Assembly: GCA_030704845.1 (NCBI GenBank) | Contig: JAUYKZ010000001.1 | Location: forward strand, 621 to 64,620 | DNA: 64,000 nucleotides | Source: an archaeon | GTDB lineage: Archaea; Nanobdellota; Nanobdellia; Woesearchaeales; GW2011-AR9 | Direction of reading: 5' to 3' | Part shown: one piece after another, positions 27,619-37,256 of the stretch | How positions within the stretch are numbered: position 1 is the first letter of the stretch | Layout: every line of letters starts with the position of its first letter | Notes under the pieces: model-generated | Databases searched by the model: none | The model's input: only the letters and a program-made list of their open reading frames with translations | What the model was told of the DNA's origin: nothing | Program-made: the position numbers and the translations under genes

Positions 27619-28716
27619 ATGGCTTTAGATGATATCTTAACTAGTGTACGAAGAACTGCGGGAGACACAATTATAGCTAGCGGTGTTACAGCTGGAGCTT
27701 CAATGCTAGCTGAGAACTACCTTGAAAATTCTACTGGTTCAGATCCATTAATTACTCTCCTTGAGGTTGGCTGTGGATTAGCTGGAGGATATCTTATTAA
27801 AAAAGCTATGTTGGGCAATTTTAGTAACAAAAGAAGTAGAAAAACAAAGAAGAATCTTCTTGACCGAGGAATTGGAACAACCGCTGCAACTGTTGCCGGA
27901 AATGTTTTCGCTCTTAATGAAATCGTTAATTATGTGTCAAATCAAGAACCTGGATATGCTCAAGCTTTAATTGCGGCAGGTTTAGGGGCAGGAATGTATG
28001 TTGCAAATAAAATCGTTCCCCCAGCTGTTGAGTTTATTGGAAAATTATTACCGAAGAAAAATTTATTTGAAGTCCTGAAAAGATTTGGTCTCGCCGCATC
28101 ATTAGTTTATGCTGGAGTTAGCGGAGCAGGATATGTAAATGAAAGAGAATCTAGAGGTAATATTAGCAGAGATTATAATACTAAAATAAACTATAATAAT
28201 CACAAAGTTAAAAATTTACTTGAAACTGATAAAGTGGATCAGAATTTTTTATCTTCCTTAGAAGGCATGTGTAATAGATTAAATATGAATTGTATGGCAG
28301 TATTATCTGTTATGCATTATGAAACAGGTGGCAGTTTTAGTCCAAGTATCAAAAACCCTGGAAGTTCGGCAACTGGGTTAATTCAATTTATGGGTTCAAC
28401 AGCAAAGGGACTTGGAACTACAACCAAAAAACTTTCAGAAATGACCCAAACTGAACAATTAGAATATGTCGAGAAATATTTTAATCTCATAAAAGATAAT
28501 TTTGATGAAGTTAATTATATGGATCCTAAAAATGTTGCTCTAGCAGTATTTTATCCAAGTGCTATCGGTAAAGGGGATAATCATATCATTGCAGAGGAAG
28601 GTAGAAGTAAGCTTGATGATAGAATATTAAAAGCTAATAAGGATCATAATGGTGATGGTAAAATTACTGCTAAGGAATATACTGGCAAAGCTTTGAGTAT
28701 GGGGTATTTGCAATAG
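27619..28716 (+). CDS. Membrane-associated lysozyme-fold/transglycosylase protein with EF-hand-like loop
   Basis: C-terminal MHYETGGSFSPSIKNPGSSATGLIQFM, QLEYVEKYF and DHNGDGKITAKE. N-terminal Gly/Ala-rich hydrophobic helices. Confidence 0.75.
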   Translation: MALDDILTSVRRTAGDTIIASGVTAGASMLAENYLENSTGSDPLITLLEVGCGLAGGYLIKKAMLGNFSNKRSRKTKKNLLDRGIGTTAATVAGNVFALNEIVNYVSNQEPGYAQALIAAGLGAGMYVANKIVPPAVEFIGKLLPKKNLFEVLKRFGLAASLVYAGVSGAGYVNERESRGNISRDYNTKINYNNHKVKNLLETDKVDQNFLSSLEGMCNRLNMNCMAVLSVMHYETGGSFSPSIKNPGSSATGLIQFMGSTAKGLGTTTKKLSEMTQTEQLEYVEKYFNLIKDNFDEVNYMDPKNVALAVFYPSAIGKGDNHIIAEEGRSKLDDRILKANKDHNGDGKITAKEYTGKALSMGYLQ

Positions 28717-28722
28717 ATAAAA

Positions 28723-29736
28723 ATGGAAGAATTAAAATCATATAGTTTATTTAATCTTAATAACAAATACGGTAGTTATAACTACTCTTCATTGGAAAAA
28801 ATAATTAAACCAAAAATAATTAAACCATTATATAATTCTAACCCCATAGAATACATAGAATTCTCAAGAAAAGAAATCTCTCCAGTGAGATCTAAAAATC
28901 TAGATAACAGAATTTTACCCCCAGAACGTAATCTTAATAAAATAAAAATTTATTCCTCTAATCCATCTGGGTCATTTGCAAAGGATATTGATTTTAGTAA
29001 ATTGCCTAAAACTCCTAGTTATGCTTTTGAGGAAGCTAAATTGTCAGAACTTCTAAAAGAGATTGAATCTCAAAGAGATCCAAGAAAATTTAAAGAAGCA
29101 GTTTTAAAAGGTATTCAGCTTTATTTCGATGGATTAGTTGAGGGAAGAAGCGAAATTAAAGATTCCGAAGTTTGGGAAGAACAGTTGGAAGTATTAAATG
29201 CCATGTTAAGAGGAGTAGGAATGACGGTTGTAGCATTTTATAGACAAAACCAAGAAATTCCTTTTGATGATATTCGTAATGCAATAATGCCCTATGATTC
29301 AAGATTAATAAGACATGGATCACAAAAAGGATGTAAAAAGAGACATCTTGATGGAAGTGAAGATCAAGTTGGACGGTATGCAATGAAAGTGGCTAATGCT
29401 TTAGAAGGTGAAGAAGTTGATTTAATTATCCCTGTTGCTTCAGGTGGTTTTGAGCCTGCGGTTTTGGTAGCAGATTATTTGGGAGTAAATCAATTATTTC
29501 CTATAAGATGTTCAAGAATGAGTAGAAATGATAGTGGAGTTTTAGTTCCAGTTCAAGCACCTTTAGATTATCCTATACATCAAATTTCAGGCAACAGAAT
29601 TTTATTGGTAGAAGATATTGTAGCCAGTGGGGCAACTGCTTCTAAATTGGCGCAGTGGGTTGAAAATTATGATCCTGCAAAAGTTTATTTTGCTGTTGTG
29701 CAATGTAGAGGAACAGATTTAGTCATAGGATGGTAA
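28723..29736 (+). CDS. Type I phosphoribosyltransferase domain protein
   Basis: PVASGG and the PRPP-binding motif ILLVEDIVASGAT, with a long N-terminal extension. Confidence 0.78.
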   Translation: MEELKSYSLFNLNNKYGSYNYSSLEKIIKPKIIKPLYNSNPIEYIEFSRKEISPVRSKNLDNRILPPERNLNKIKIYSSNPSGSFAKDIDFSKLPKTPSYAFEEAKLSELLKEIESQRDPRKFKEAVLKGIQLYFDGLVEGRSEIKDSEVWEEQLEVLNAMLRGVGMTVVAFYRQNQEIPFDDIRNAIMPYDSRLIRHGSQKGCKKRHLDGSEDQVGRYAMKVANALEGEEVDLIIPVASGGFEPAVLVADYLGVNQLFPIRCSRMSRNDSGVLVPVQAPLDYPIHQISGNRILLVEDIVASGATASKLAQWVENYDPAKVYFAVVQCRGTDLVIGW

Positions 29737-29881
29737 CACAGAAATAACCTAGACCTTAATTGATAGTGAGCAGAGCGACGTTATATGGCGCATTTGGTAT
29801 AACTTTATAATTTCTTGATAGGCACTTTTACAAATAATTGTACAAATACTTTTATATCCTAATTTAATTTTTCTTACTTAA

Positions 29882-30484
29882 ATGAAAAATAAATTAATGA
29901 ATCCTAAATTAACTAATAAATCAGTTTACCTTATTATCCTATTCTCCTTAATATCCTTGTTATTCTTAACTCTGTTATCCTATAAAATTGTTCTTTTTTT
30001 AACACCTTTCACGGACTCACAGCAAAAAACAATTGATTTTCTTTATGATCATCTTAATGACGATAACCAATTAGATTTACAATACGCTTCTGATGAGTAT
30101 TCTCATCTTCTTGATGTAAAAAGAATAATGAACATAGCAAATGTTATTTTTTATCTCTCTTTGCTTGCTTTCACTTCAATTATCACTCTTACTAAAAGAG
30201 ACCCCGATCTTCAAAGAAAAATGTTTAAGACTGCCGGAATAACAACCATTTCCGTGTTATTATTACTTGTTATCCTCTCTTTATTTGCTTTTAATGGTCT
30301 TTTTAATTCATTTCATCAGATTTTCTTCCCGCAAGGAAATTGGATATTTGCGAATGATTCTCTTCTTATTACAACCTTTCCGACCTCGTTTTTCATAAAA
30401 ATGGCAAGAAATATCTTTATTCTTTCATTAACAAGCGGAATCTTTTTATTCTCTTTATCTTTACTAAAGAAAAATGTTCGTTAA
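29882..30484 (+). CDS. DUF1461/TIGR01906 membrane protein (Lit-like)
   Basis: EYSHLLDVK and FNSFHQIFFPQGNWIF...LLITTFP motifs, four TM helices. Confidence 0.8.
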   Translation: MKNKLMNPKLTNKSVYLIILFSLISLLFLTLLSYKIVLFLTPFTDSQQKTIDFLYDHLNDDNQLDLQYASDEYSHLLDVKRIMNIANVIFYLSLLAFTSIITLTKRDPDLQRKMFKTAGITTISVLLLLVILSLFAFNGLFNSFHQIFFPQGNWIFANDSLLITTFPTSFFIKMARNIFILSLTSGIFLFSLSLLKKNVR

Positions 30485-30650
30485 AGCTACCGGATTGAAG
30501 GCATGGATTGTTATTTTGATAATAATCATTATAATTATATTGTTCTTAATTTTCCTATTTAACTTTATATTATTCCTTCTTCCGTTAATTCTATTGATAA
30601 TTGTTCTAGGTTACTTCTTTAAGGTACTCAACAAACTTAAAAAAGGCTAG
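30474..30650 (+). CDS. Small very hydrophobic membrane protein (58 aa, not in ORF track)
   Basis: MFVKATGLKAWIVILIIIIIIILFLIFLFNFILFLLPLILLIIVLGYFFKVLNKLKKG fills the gap up to tpiA. Confidence 0.55.
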   Translation: MFVKATGLKAWIVILIIIIIIILFLIFLFNFILFLLPLILLIIVLGYFFKVLNKLKKG

Positions 30651-30666
30651 CTCAGATAGTTGTCTT

Positions 30667-31323
30667 ATGAAACCATTAATTATTCTTAATTTTAAAGTAT
30701 ACGAAGAATCATCTGGAAGAAGAGGAGTAAACCTTGCCAGAAAATTATCTTCAATAAGAACGAAAGGGTACGATGTTATTCTTGCGCCAACCCTACCTAC
30801 CTTAAGTGAAATTTCCCATAAAGTAAAATTACCTGTATTTTCACAACATGCAGATCCGGTAGGATTGGGAGCACATACAGGGCAAGTTTCTGTTGACGAA
30901 TTAAAAAAGATTGGAGTTAGGGGAGTAATTTTAAATCATTCTGAGAGAAAAATTCCATTTTCTACTTTAAAGAAAACCGTTGAATTATGTAAAAAAAATA
31001 GACTTGTTACCGTAATCTGTGCTTCTTCTCTTTCGGAGATAAGAAAAGTTGCTCATCTTCAACCACAATACGTTTGTTATGAACCTAAGGAGTTGATTGG
31101 CGGGAAAGTTTCGGTTACCGAAGCACGACCAAATATCATTGTTAAAGCTGTAGATATCGTACGGCAGGCAAGTCCACGAACATTAGTGTTATGTGGAGCA
31201 GGAATCCATTCTAAAGCTGATTTGGGTCTGGCCTTGATGCTCGGTGCTCATGGAGTAATGATAGGTCATGCAGTTCCTAAAGCCGCTAATCCCAAGAAGT
31301 TCTTGCAAGAAATGTTGTTGTGA
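30667..31323 (+). CDS. tpiA: Triosephosphate isomerase (archaeal type)
   Basis: NFKVY, LNHSE, YEPKELIG and LCGAGI motifs. Confidence 0.93.
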   Translation: MKPLIILNFKVYEESSGRRGVNLARKLSSIRTKGYDVILAPTLPTLSEISHKVKLPVFSQHADPVGLGAHTGQVSVDELKKIGVRGVILNHSERKIPFSTLKKTVELCKKNRLVTVICASSLSEIRKVAHLQPQYVCYEPKELIGGKVSVTEARPNIIVKAVDIVRQASPRTLVLCGAGIHSKADLGLALMLGAHGVMIGHAVPKAANPKKFLQEMLL

Positions 31324-31376
31324 TTCTAGTAAAGTAAACTATAAATGTTTAAAAAAGCTGGTGCTCTGAAAGTTTT

Positions 31377-32216
31377 ATGCAGAAATTAATAGCTGGATTG
31401 ATATCGTCTCTCGCTACTCTTTCTATTGCTTCAGGCCTTGGAGCTATTTATTATAATCCTGACAAAAATAAGAATGAAAAACCATATTCCTGGCAGATTG
31501 ATTCAGTATCTCTGAATTCGGTAACTGACGAATTTGAAACAGATATTGGACTAGTTAATGATGATAACGAGAATGAGAATTTACCTTCGGTTAACGAAGA
31601 TCTTCTTGAAGTTTTTAAAGAAACTTATACTGATTATGTAAACAGAAGAAAGAGATGGAGAGAAAATGGGGCAGTAGATTCTAGGTGGTCTGTGGATTCA
31701 GTATCTGGAGCTTCCTCATGGAAAGCACCTTCGTTAAGATATACCTCTTCTACAGGTAATAAATGTGTGGAAGATATTATTGGTCAGGATGGAACTGTTG
31801 TTGGTTGTTATATGACTAAATGGAGACCTGTTGGCGAGAAACCAAAAGCAGGCGTTCTTCAAATTAAAAATTATCCTTGGGAACATTGGTGGAATAATTA
31901 TGATCACAAAGGTCGTTTAACAGTGTATCTCTCTCCTAAAAAAACAACAATTATCGTTAAAGGAAAATCGGATCAGCCAATTCCCATTGAAAAAAAGGAA
32001 GATGTGGAAGATATTCTTAGGCCGTGTTTTTCAGGGAATGATTATGATATTGATAATGCTCAAAGAGTTATTGAAGAAGAAGGAGAAATCTCAAATTTAG
32101 AAAGTGCTATTTTCATAGCAGATTTATTATTGTCTTGTCCTGAAATAAAAGATCATTATTGCGAGATTGAATCACATAGCTTTGAAGATCTTTGTTGGGA
32201 TACTGAGAATTTTTAG
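31377..32216 (+). CDS. Hypothetical secreted protein
   Basis: N-terminal hydrophobic segment, Trp-rich, repeated W.(I/V)DSVS. Confidence 0.65.
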   Translation: MQKLIAGLISSLATLSIASGLGAIYYNPDKNKNEKPYSWQIDSVSLNSVTDEFETDIGLVNDDNENENLPSVNEDLLEVFKETYTDYVNRRKRWRENGAVDSRWSVDSVSGASSWKAPSLRYTSSTGNKCVEDIIGQDGTVVGCYMTKWRPVGEKPKAGVLQIKNYPWEHWWNNYDHKGRLTVYLSPKKTTIIVKGKSDQPIPIEKKEDVEDILRPCFSGNDYDIDNAQRVIEEEGEISNLESAIFIADLLLSCPEIKDHYCEIESHSFEDLCWDTENF

Positions 32217-32222
32217 ACAATC

Positions 32223-32786
32223 TTATTGAATAACAACTGTAAATTGTTGAGTGTTACCGTACTGGTTATCATCGGTACAATCTTGTCTTACTGGTTGTAA
32301 AGTACATACCTTTGCTTTAAAAATATATTGACCGCGAGGCGCATTCTCTGGAACTGAAACCAGGATTGGTTCTTTTCTATTATCGGCCGGTTCCACGTTT
32401 AATTTTTGATCATTATATAATATCCATTCATCTAAAACTCCTTGCGGGAATTTTTTAACAATTCCATCATCATCGATATAATTTACTTCATCTATGGCGA
32501 TAAAGTAATCCTGTTTTTCTTCACCAATGTTAAGAATTCCAATCCCAAATGTGTGCGATTCTCCTGGTAAAACATTTGCGGTATGTAATGGCAAAGCAAC
32601 TCTTTTTCCTTGATCAGTTAGTAAATGTTCTAATTCTTCTTCAGTTCTTTGATCCAGATGTCCTTGAATTTCTGTGGCTCCACCGATGAATTGGTACAAT
32701 AGATTGACTCCTAAACCAAGGATAACTAAAGAAATGATTACAACTACCAGAATGTTAACCGATAAACCAATCGATCCTCTTTTCAT
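32223..32786 (-). CDS. Type IV pilin-like protein (class III signal peptide)
   Basis: MKRGSIGLSVNILVVVIISLVILGLG and an Ig-like C-terminus. Paralog of 34390-34962. Confidence 0.75.
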   Translation of the reverse strand: MKRGSIGLSVNILVVVIISLVILGLGVNLLYQFIGGATEIQGHLDQRTEEELEHLLTDQGKRVALPLHTANVLPGESHTFGIGILNIGEEKQDYFIAIDEVNYIDDDGIVKKFPQGVLDEWILYNDQKLNVEPADNRKEPILVSVPENAPRGQYIFKAKVCTLQPVRQDCTDDNQYGNTQQFTVVIQ

Positions 32787-32857
32787 ATGGCTATTGTAAA
32801 CACAGAAACTATATAAAATCTGCTTTTTCCACAAATGTATTCGTTGGTGGTGTAAAG

Positions 32858-34123
32858 ATGAGAAAAGTAGTTCCGTTAGTTATTGTTAATGCATTATTAT
32901 TTTCCTGTGGAGATAAAAGTGAAATAAAAAATAATTCTGGTTTTTCAACAAATCAAAATAATCCTTTAGTAGAAGTCTTGAAAGGTAAAACAAATTCAAG
33001 TGGAGAAGTTTCTCTGGATGATATTGTGTTTAAAGTGAATGATAATTTTGGAAATCCTTTAAATGACATCTTGGTGTACCATCTGCAAGGGAAATCCGAG
33101 ACTCTTTCGATTGCGGTTGATGAACAGAGAAAATATTTTCCTAGTTTTCCAACAATTGGTTATTCTCAATATGGTTTATCTTCACAAGAAGGTTTAGAAT
33201 CTTTAGAGAAACATCTATTGGAAGAAATAACATTCGTTTTATCAACTTTAAATGAAGAAAATGGTGAATATGTAGATTCTAATGGTGTCGGAGAAAGATT
33301 CTTAGGGGAGCAAGGAAATAGTAATCGTTATTGTCTTTCTAAAGAAGCTATGGCTCACGATTATATTGATGTTCCTCTCGGTATTGTTTCTTTAGGTAAA
33401 AGTAATGAAGAGGGAAGCTTACTAAATCTTCTTGTTTCTAGGCCACTACATCAAATATTTGAAAAATATATATTAAGAAATTATGGTGACCATGAAGGAT
33501 ATGAAGTTTGGGTTCCTAAAACAGCAATTTCTTTATGTGATGAAGATTACGACGGTGTAGTTTGTCCTATTACCTCAGAAAGATTGTCTCAAGAAATTTG
33601 GCAAAATAATGGGGTTCCTTATTGGCATATTGCGGGTTCATGTTCACTTAATGAAATCCTTGCTGAGGATCTTAGTTCTGATCAAAATAATACCCCGGAC
33701 AATTCTAATAATCCAAGAGTCCAGCCTGATTATCCCGTCAATGAAAATAATTCTTCAGATAATGATGCTTCAGTTCCCGGATGCTCTTTAAACCCTTGCA
33801 TTAAGTTTGATGCAAATCATTGTGAAGAACCATGCGTTTCTGTTCCTAGCGGAAATAGGTGTGTTTATCCTTGCATAAGTGATAGAGATTGCGAGAATAA
33901 TGATTTTCCCTCACGATGTTACGACTTATCAATTTTTGGCGGACAGGAAGGGAAAGGTTGTTTGATAATACCTTGTGATGAAGGTTGTCCTGTTGGAACT
34001 GAATGTATAGATTTAACTGAATATCCTTTCCAGAGAACAGCTTCTGGAGCTGAACCTGCCGCGGCAGTTTTTACTTACGAGAATTGTTATAATGTTGAAT
34101 GTGTGCCAGAAAATAGGTTTTGA
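32858..34123 (+). CDS. Putative lipoprotein with Cys-rich C-terminal domain
   Basis: Lipobox LLFSC, N/S/P/D-rich linker, then many Cys. Confidence 0.7.
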   Translation: MRKVVPLVIVNALLFSCGDKSEIKNNSGFSTNQNNPLVEVLKGKTNSSGEVSLDDIVFKVNDNFGNPLNDILVYHLQGKSETLSIAVDEQRKYFPSFPTIGYSQYGLSSQEGLESLEKHLLEEITFVLSTLNEENGEYVDSNGVGERFLGEQGNSNRYCLSKEAMAHDYIDVPLGIVSLGKSNEEGSLLNLLVSRPLHQIFEKYILRNYGDHEGYEVWVPKTAISLCDEDYDGVVCPITSERLSQEIWQNNGVPYWHIAGSCSLNEILAEDLSSDQNNTPDNSNNPRVQPDYPVNENNSSDNDASVPGCSLNPCIKFDANHCEEPCVSVPSGNRCVYPCISDRDCENNDFPSRCYDLSIFGGQEGKGCLIIPCDEGCPVGTECIDLTEYPFQRTASGAEPAAAVFTYENCYNVECVPENRF

Positions 34124-34153
34124 TAATAAAAAAGATAATAAATTAAAACAAAA

Positions 34154-34378
34154 TTAAGTTCTTACAACTTCGTATTCCTTAACGATGATCATCAGGAATA
34201 AGAACAACAACACTGCACCAGCAATCAGGTACCATAATCCCGGAAGAACAGTTGATGTTTGAATTGCAAGGTACATTCCCCAGCCCATCACGATAAATCC
34301 TAACCAAAGGAACTTGTCTAAGACAAGTCTCATGATTTCAAATTCTTGATCTTTACTTAATCTTTTTTTCTTTGCCAT
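34154..34378 (-). CDS. Small two-TM membrane protein
   Basis: QEFEIMRLVLDKFLWLG followed by two TM helices. Confidence 0.7.
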   Translation of the reverse strand: MAKKKRLSKDQEFEIMRLVLDKFLWLGFIVMGWGMYLAIQTSTVLPGLWYLIAGAVLLFLFLMIIVKEYEVVRT

Positions 34379-34389
34379 GTGTATCGCCC

Positions 34390-34962
34390 TTATGAAGTTT
34401 TAATGAAGAATGTTCTTTCATCGAATACGGTCTCACCGGATGCTTCTACTTTCATTACCAATACTTTGTAAAGGTAAGTACCAGTTTTATCTGGAGCAGT
34501 AATCGTTACTGGAATCACTCTAGTTTCACCAGGAGAGAAACTTAATTCTGAATTATCCCAGATTACCTTTGTTGAAAATGGAACACCACCTTTTGTTGTA
34601 AAGCTTTCATCTGATTCAGATTCTATAGATTCAAATTGATCTCCTGCTTTAATTTGGAATGCAACTTTTAATACTAATTCACTATCTGCAGTATTTTTAA
34701 TACCGATTGCCTGAACATCATCAGATCCGGTTTCAAGTCTTAATTCGGTTGCAGGAAAACTTAATTTTTTATTACCAGTTCTCAAATCATCTAAGATTTG
34801 CTGGCTAATCTGTTCTTGTACTGCAGTTGTAGTACTACCAATACCCGCAAATTGTTCACGAACAAAACCTAAGCCTAAGCCTAAAACAACAAAAGCAATA
34901 ACAACTATGATAATCGTTTGAATAGAAAGTTCAAGGGATCCTCTATTATTCATTACATCCAC
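34390..34962 (-). CDS. Type IV pilin-like protein (class III signal peptide)
   Basis: NRGSLELSIQTIIIVVIAFVVLGLG, GAGGTGG RBS, located next to the prepilin peptidase. Confidence 0.78.
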   Translation of the reverse strand: MDVMNNRGSLELSIQTIIIVVIAFVVLGLGLGFVREQFAGIGSTTTAVQEQISQQILDDLRTGNKKLSFPATELRLETGSDDVQAIGIKNTADSELVLKVAFQIKAGDQFESIESESDESFTTKGGVPFSTKVIWDNSELSFSPGETRVIPVTITAPDKTGTYLYKVLVMKVEASGETVFDERTFFIKTS

Positions 34963-35022
34963 CTCTTTTTTTAATTACTATTTGACAATATCTTTATATT
35001 TAAAAATGTATCGGAAAGGTGA

Positions 35023-35868
35023 TTATAAAAAATAGAGACCAATGTGGTACATTTTAACTATTAAGAGTACAATAAATCCTAATAAGAAGCTTGGTACAAA
35101 AGGAACACCTTCTTTAATAAGAACGCTAGTAAGTTTCTTTTCTCGATAAAATTTCTGTAATTTTTGCAGATGTCTTTTTTCGATAGTTCTCTTTGTAACA
35201 ATGATTTCTTTACCTACCACGACTTCTTCAGCTAACCAATCGCCTTCTGTAACATCTGAAATCTTTTTCCGTTGCAGGAAACAACTATCTTCAACTGCAT
35301 TTACAAATAAAAACAAATAGAACAAAGCTGGAGGAAAAAACATTAATGGCCAAATTGTGGGGTAAAAGAATGTAAATATTAAAGTCGCTACAAACAGAAG
35401 CATGACTATACTATGAACAATCCATTGCTGTTTAATTTTTTCTTTCCATTCTTTAACAAATGTTTCTCTTTTTTTAATAGCCAGGAATCCCATCCAAAGT
35501 ACTCCGTAAATCGCGCCAAGGAATAAAAGACCGATGAAAAATATAACCAAATTGAAACTTTCAAGACTTAAAGGGAGGTTAATTCCAATAGCCGCGCCCA
35601 TGCCCATTAATAATTTACTATCTCCACCGCCCCATTGATTAGAATAATAAAACAGAACGGCAATTAAAAAACAAAGAATGAACCCAAGAAAACCACTTAC
35701 AATAATATGCCAATCAACAATTACCGAAAAAATTCCCCTTATCCCAAGCACAGCGAAAAGAAAACCGTAATTTAACCAATCTGGGATTTCCCTAGTTTTA
35801 AGGTCGCTATATGAGGATAATAGCAAAACTAGAATGGTAATCGTGATTATTATAGTCTCAAAAAGCAT
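35023..35868 (-). CDS. Prepilin/class III signal peptidase (A24, PibD/FlaK-like)
   Basis: SDLKTREIPD, GGGDSKLL and GVPFVPSF motifs. Confidence 0.9.
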   Translation of the reverse strand: MLFETIIITITILVLLLSSYSDLKTREIPDWLNYGFLFAVLGIRGIFSVIVDWHIIVSGFLGFILCFLIAVLFYYSNQWGGGDSKLLMGMGAAIGINLPLSLESFNLVIFFIGLLFLGAIYGVLWMGFLAIKKRETFVKEWKEKIKQQWIVHSIVMLLFVATLIFTFFYPTIWPLMFFPPALFYLFLFVNAVEDSCFLQRKKISDVTEGDWLAEEVVVGKEIIVTKRTIEKRHLQKLQKFYREKKLTSVLIKEGVPFVPSFLLGFIVLLIVKMYHIGLYFL

Positions 35869-36011
35869 GAATCTGGTAAGTTTGTAAGGGTATATTAATA
35901 TTTGGGATGCTGCTGCGCAGAAACTTTTATAAACAAAATACCTTTAGTAGACCTATAGATAATATCAGATTTTAGATATTTAAAAAAGTTTAAAAAAGTC
36001 GGTGGTATACT

Positions 36012-36584
36012 ATGGCTGATGAAGAATATGAAATTATCCCGCATCAACTGCTCTCAGATTTAAAATTTGAAGTTGAAGCTTTAAAGAAGAAATTAACGCA
36101 ACCTGATGCAAAAATCAATGAACTTGTTCTTGAGATTGAAGGTCTTAAAGATAGTATTCATGATTTACATACTATTTTCCAGAAAGCTCTCGAAGAAGTT
36201 AAAGGAGATGATCTTGGAAGAACCGTATCTCTTCTTCGTGAAAGAATGGAAACTATTTCCAGACAAAATGAAACAATTGCTCAAGGGATGGTTGCAATTT
36301 CAGAGAAAGTGGATGATTGGATGAGATCTAGCAGCTCTCAAAAAGCACCACCCACACAAAGACCAACTTCCCAAATGCCCCCTACAGATATGCAATCTCC
36401 TAGAATGGGTATGCCTTCTTCTATGGCAAGACCACAACATCAATTAGGTATGCCACCAATAAGAGGTCCAGCAAGAGTAGCACCTTCACCAATGCCACCT
36501 ATGACTTCAGGTATGCCGGATTTACCTCCTCCACCTCCCCCTGGTCCTTCATTAGGAAAGAAACGACGGGGAATATTCTCTTAG
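36012..36584 (+). CDS. Coiled-coil protein with Pro/Met-rich disordered tail
   Basis: Heptad-rich N-terminus, PPPPPPG tail, GGTGG RBS. Confidence 0.7.
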   Translation: MADEEYEIIPHQLLSDLKFEVEALKKKLTQPDAKINELVLEIEGLKDSIHDLHTIFQKALEEVKGDDLGRTVSLLRERMETISRQNETIAQGMVAISEKVDDWMRSSSSQKAPPTQRPTSQMPPTDMQSPRMGMPSSMARPQHQLGMPPIRGPARVAPSPMPPMTSGMPDLPPPPPPGPSLGKKRRGIFS

Positions 36585-36594
36585 GAGGGGTTTG

Positions 36595-37254
36595 ATGGTT
36601 TCAATTAATGCTTATTTACTTTTACAGAAAGCTGCAACTATTTCCCAACAGAAATGGGATGCAGTATCTAAGCAAGAAATTCAGAAAAAAATTAACGAAA
36701 TAAAATATCTATCTTCTCAAAAAAAAGTACCTAAGCTTTCTTTAAGGAAAGAAGTGATTCATCTTGAAAATAAACTTGAAAGAGTTTTTGAAATGGAAGA
36801 ATCATTTTCAAGCAGAAAACGTGAAGAATCATTAAAAATAACTTCTTTAAAACGTCAAATTGCGGCAATGCAAAAACGGTTAGCGGCATGTGATGAGAAA
36901 GATCTTCAAAAGAAAGTGGATAGATTAACCCATCTTCTTGGCGATTATTTAGCGAGGCAGGAAGTAGAGAAAGCAACTCAACCAATTCCATTATTGCCCA
37001 AAAAAGCAACTCCTTTGTTGTTATCAGTTAAACCACAATTAAAACTACCTATAAACAATTTAAGTCAAAAATTAAGTCAACTCAGAGAAAGTTTAGCTAA
37101 ACAAAAAGAACTTGACCCAGAACGAGCTAAACTATTAGAGAAAAGGATTAATGAAGTTGAGATAAAAATATCTGGAAGTAATAAATCTGAAATAAAACAT
37201 GATGTCTTGTGGGAAACTACCACAAATAAAGTGTCAAAGAATATTAAAAAATAG
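36595..37254 (+). CDS. Basic coiled-coil hypothetical protein
   Basis: K/L/E-rich helical ORF with AGGAGG RBS. Confidence 0.65.
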   Translation: MVSINAYLLLQKAATISQQKWDAVSKQEIQKKINEIKYLSSQKKVPKLSLRKEVIHLENKLERVFEMEESFSSRKREESLKITSLKRQIAAMQKRLAACDEKDLQKKVDRLTHLLGDYLARQEVEKATQPIPLLPKKATPLLLSVKPQLKLPINNLSQKLSQLRESLAKQKELDPERAKLLEKRINEVEIKISGSNKSEIKHDVLWETTTNKVSKNIKK

Positions 37255-37256
37255 TT

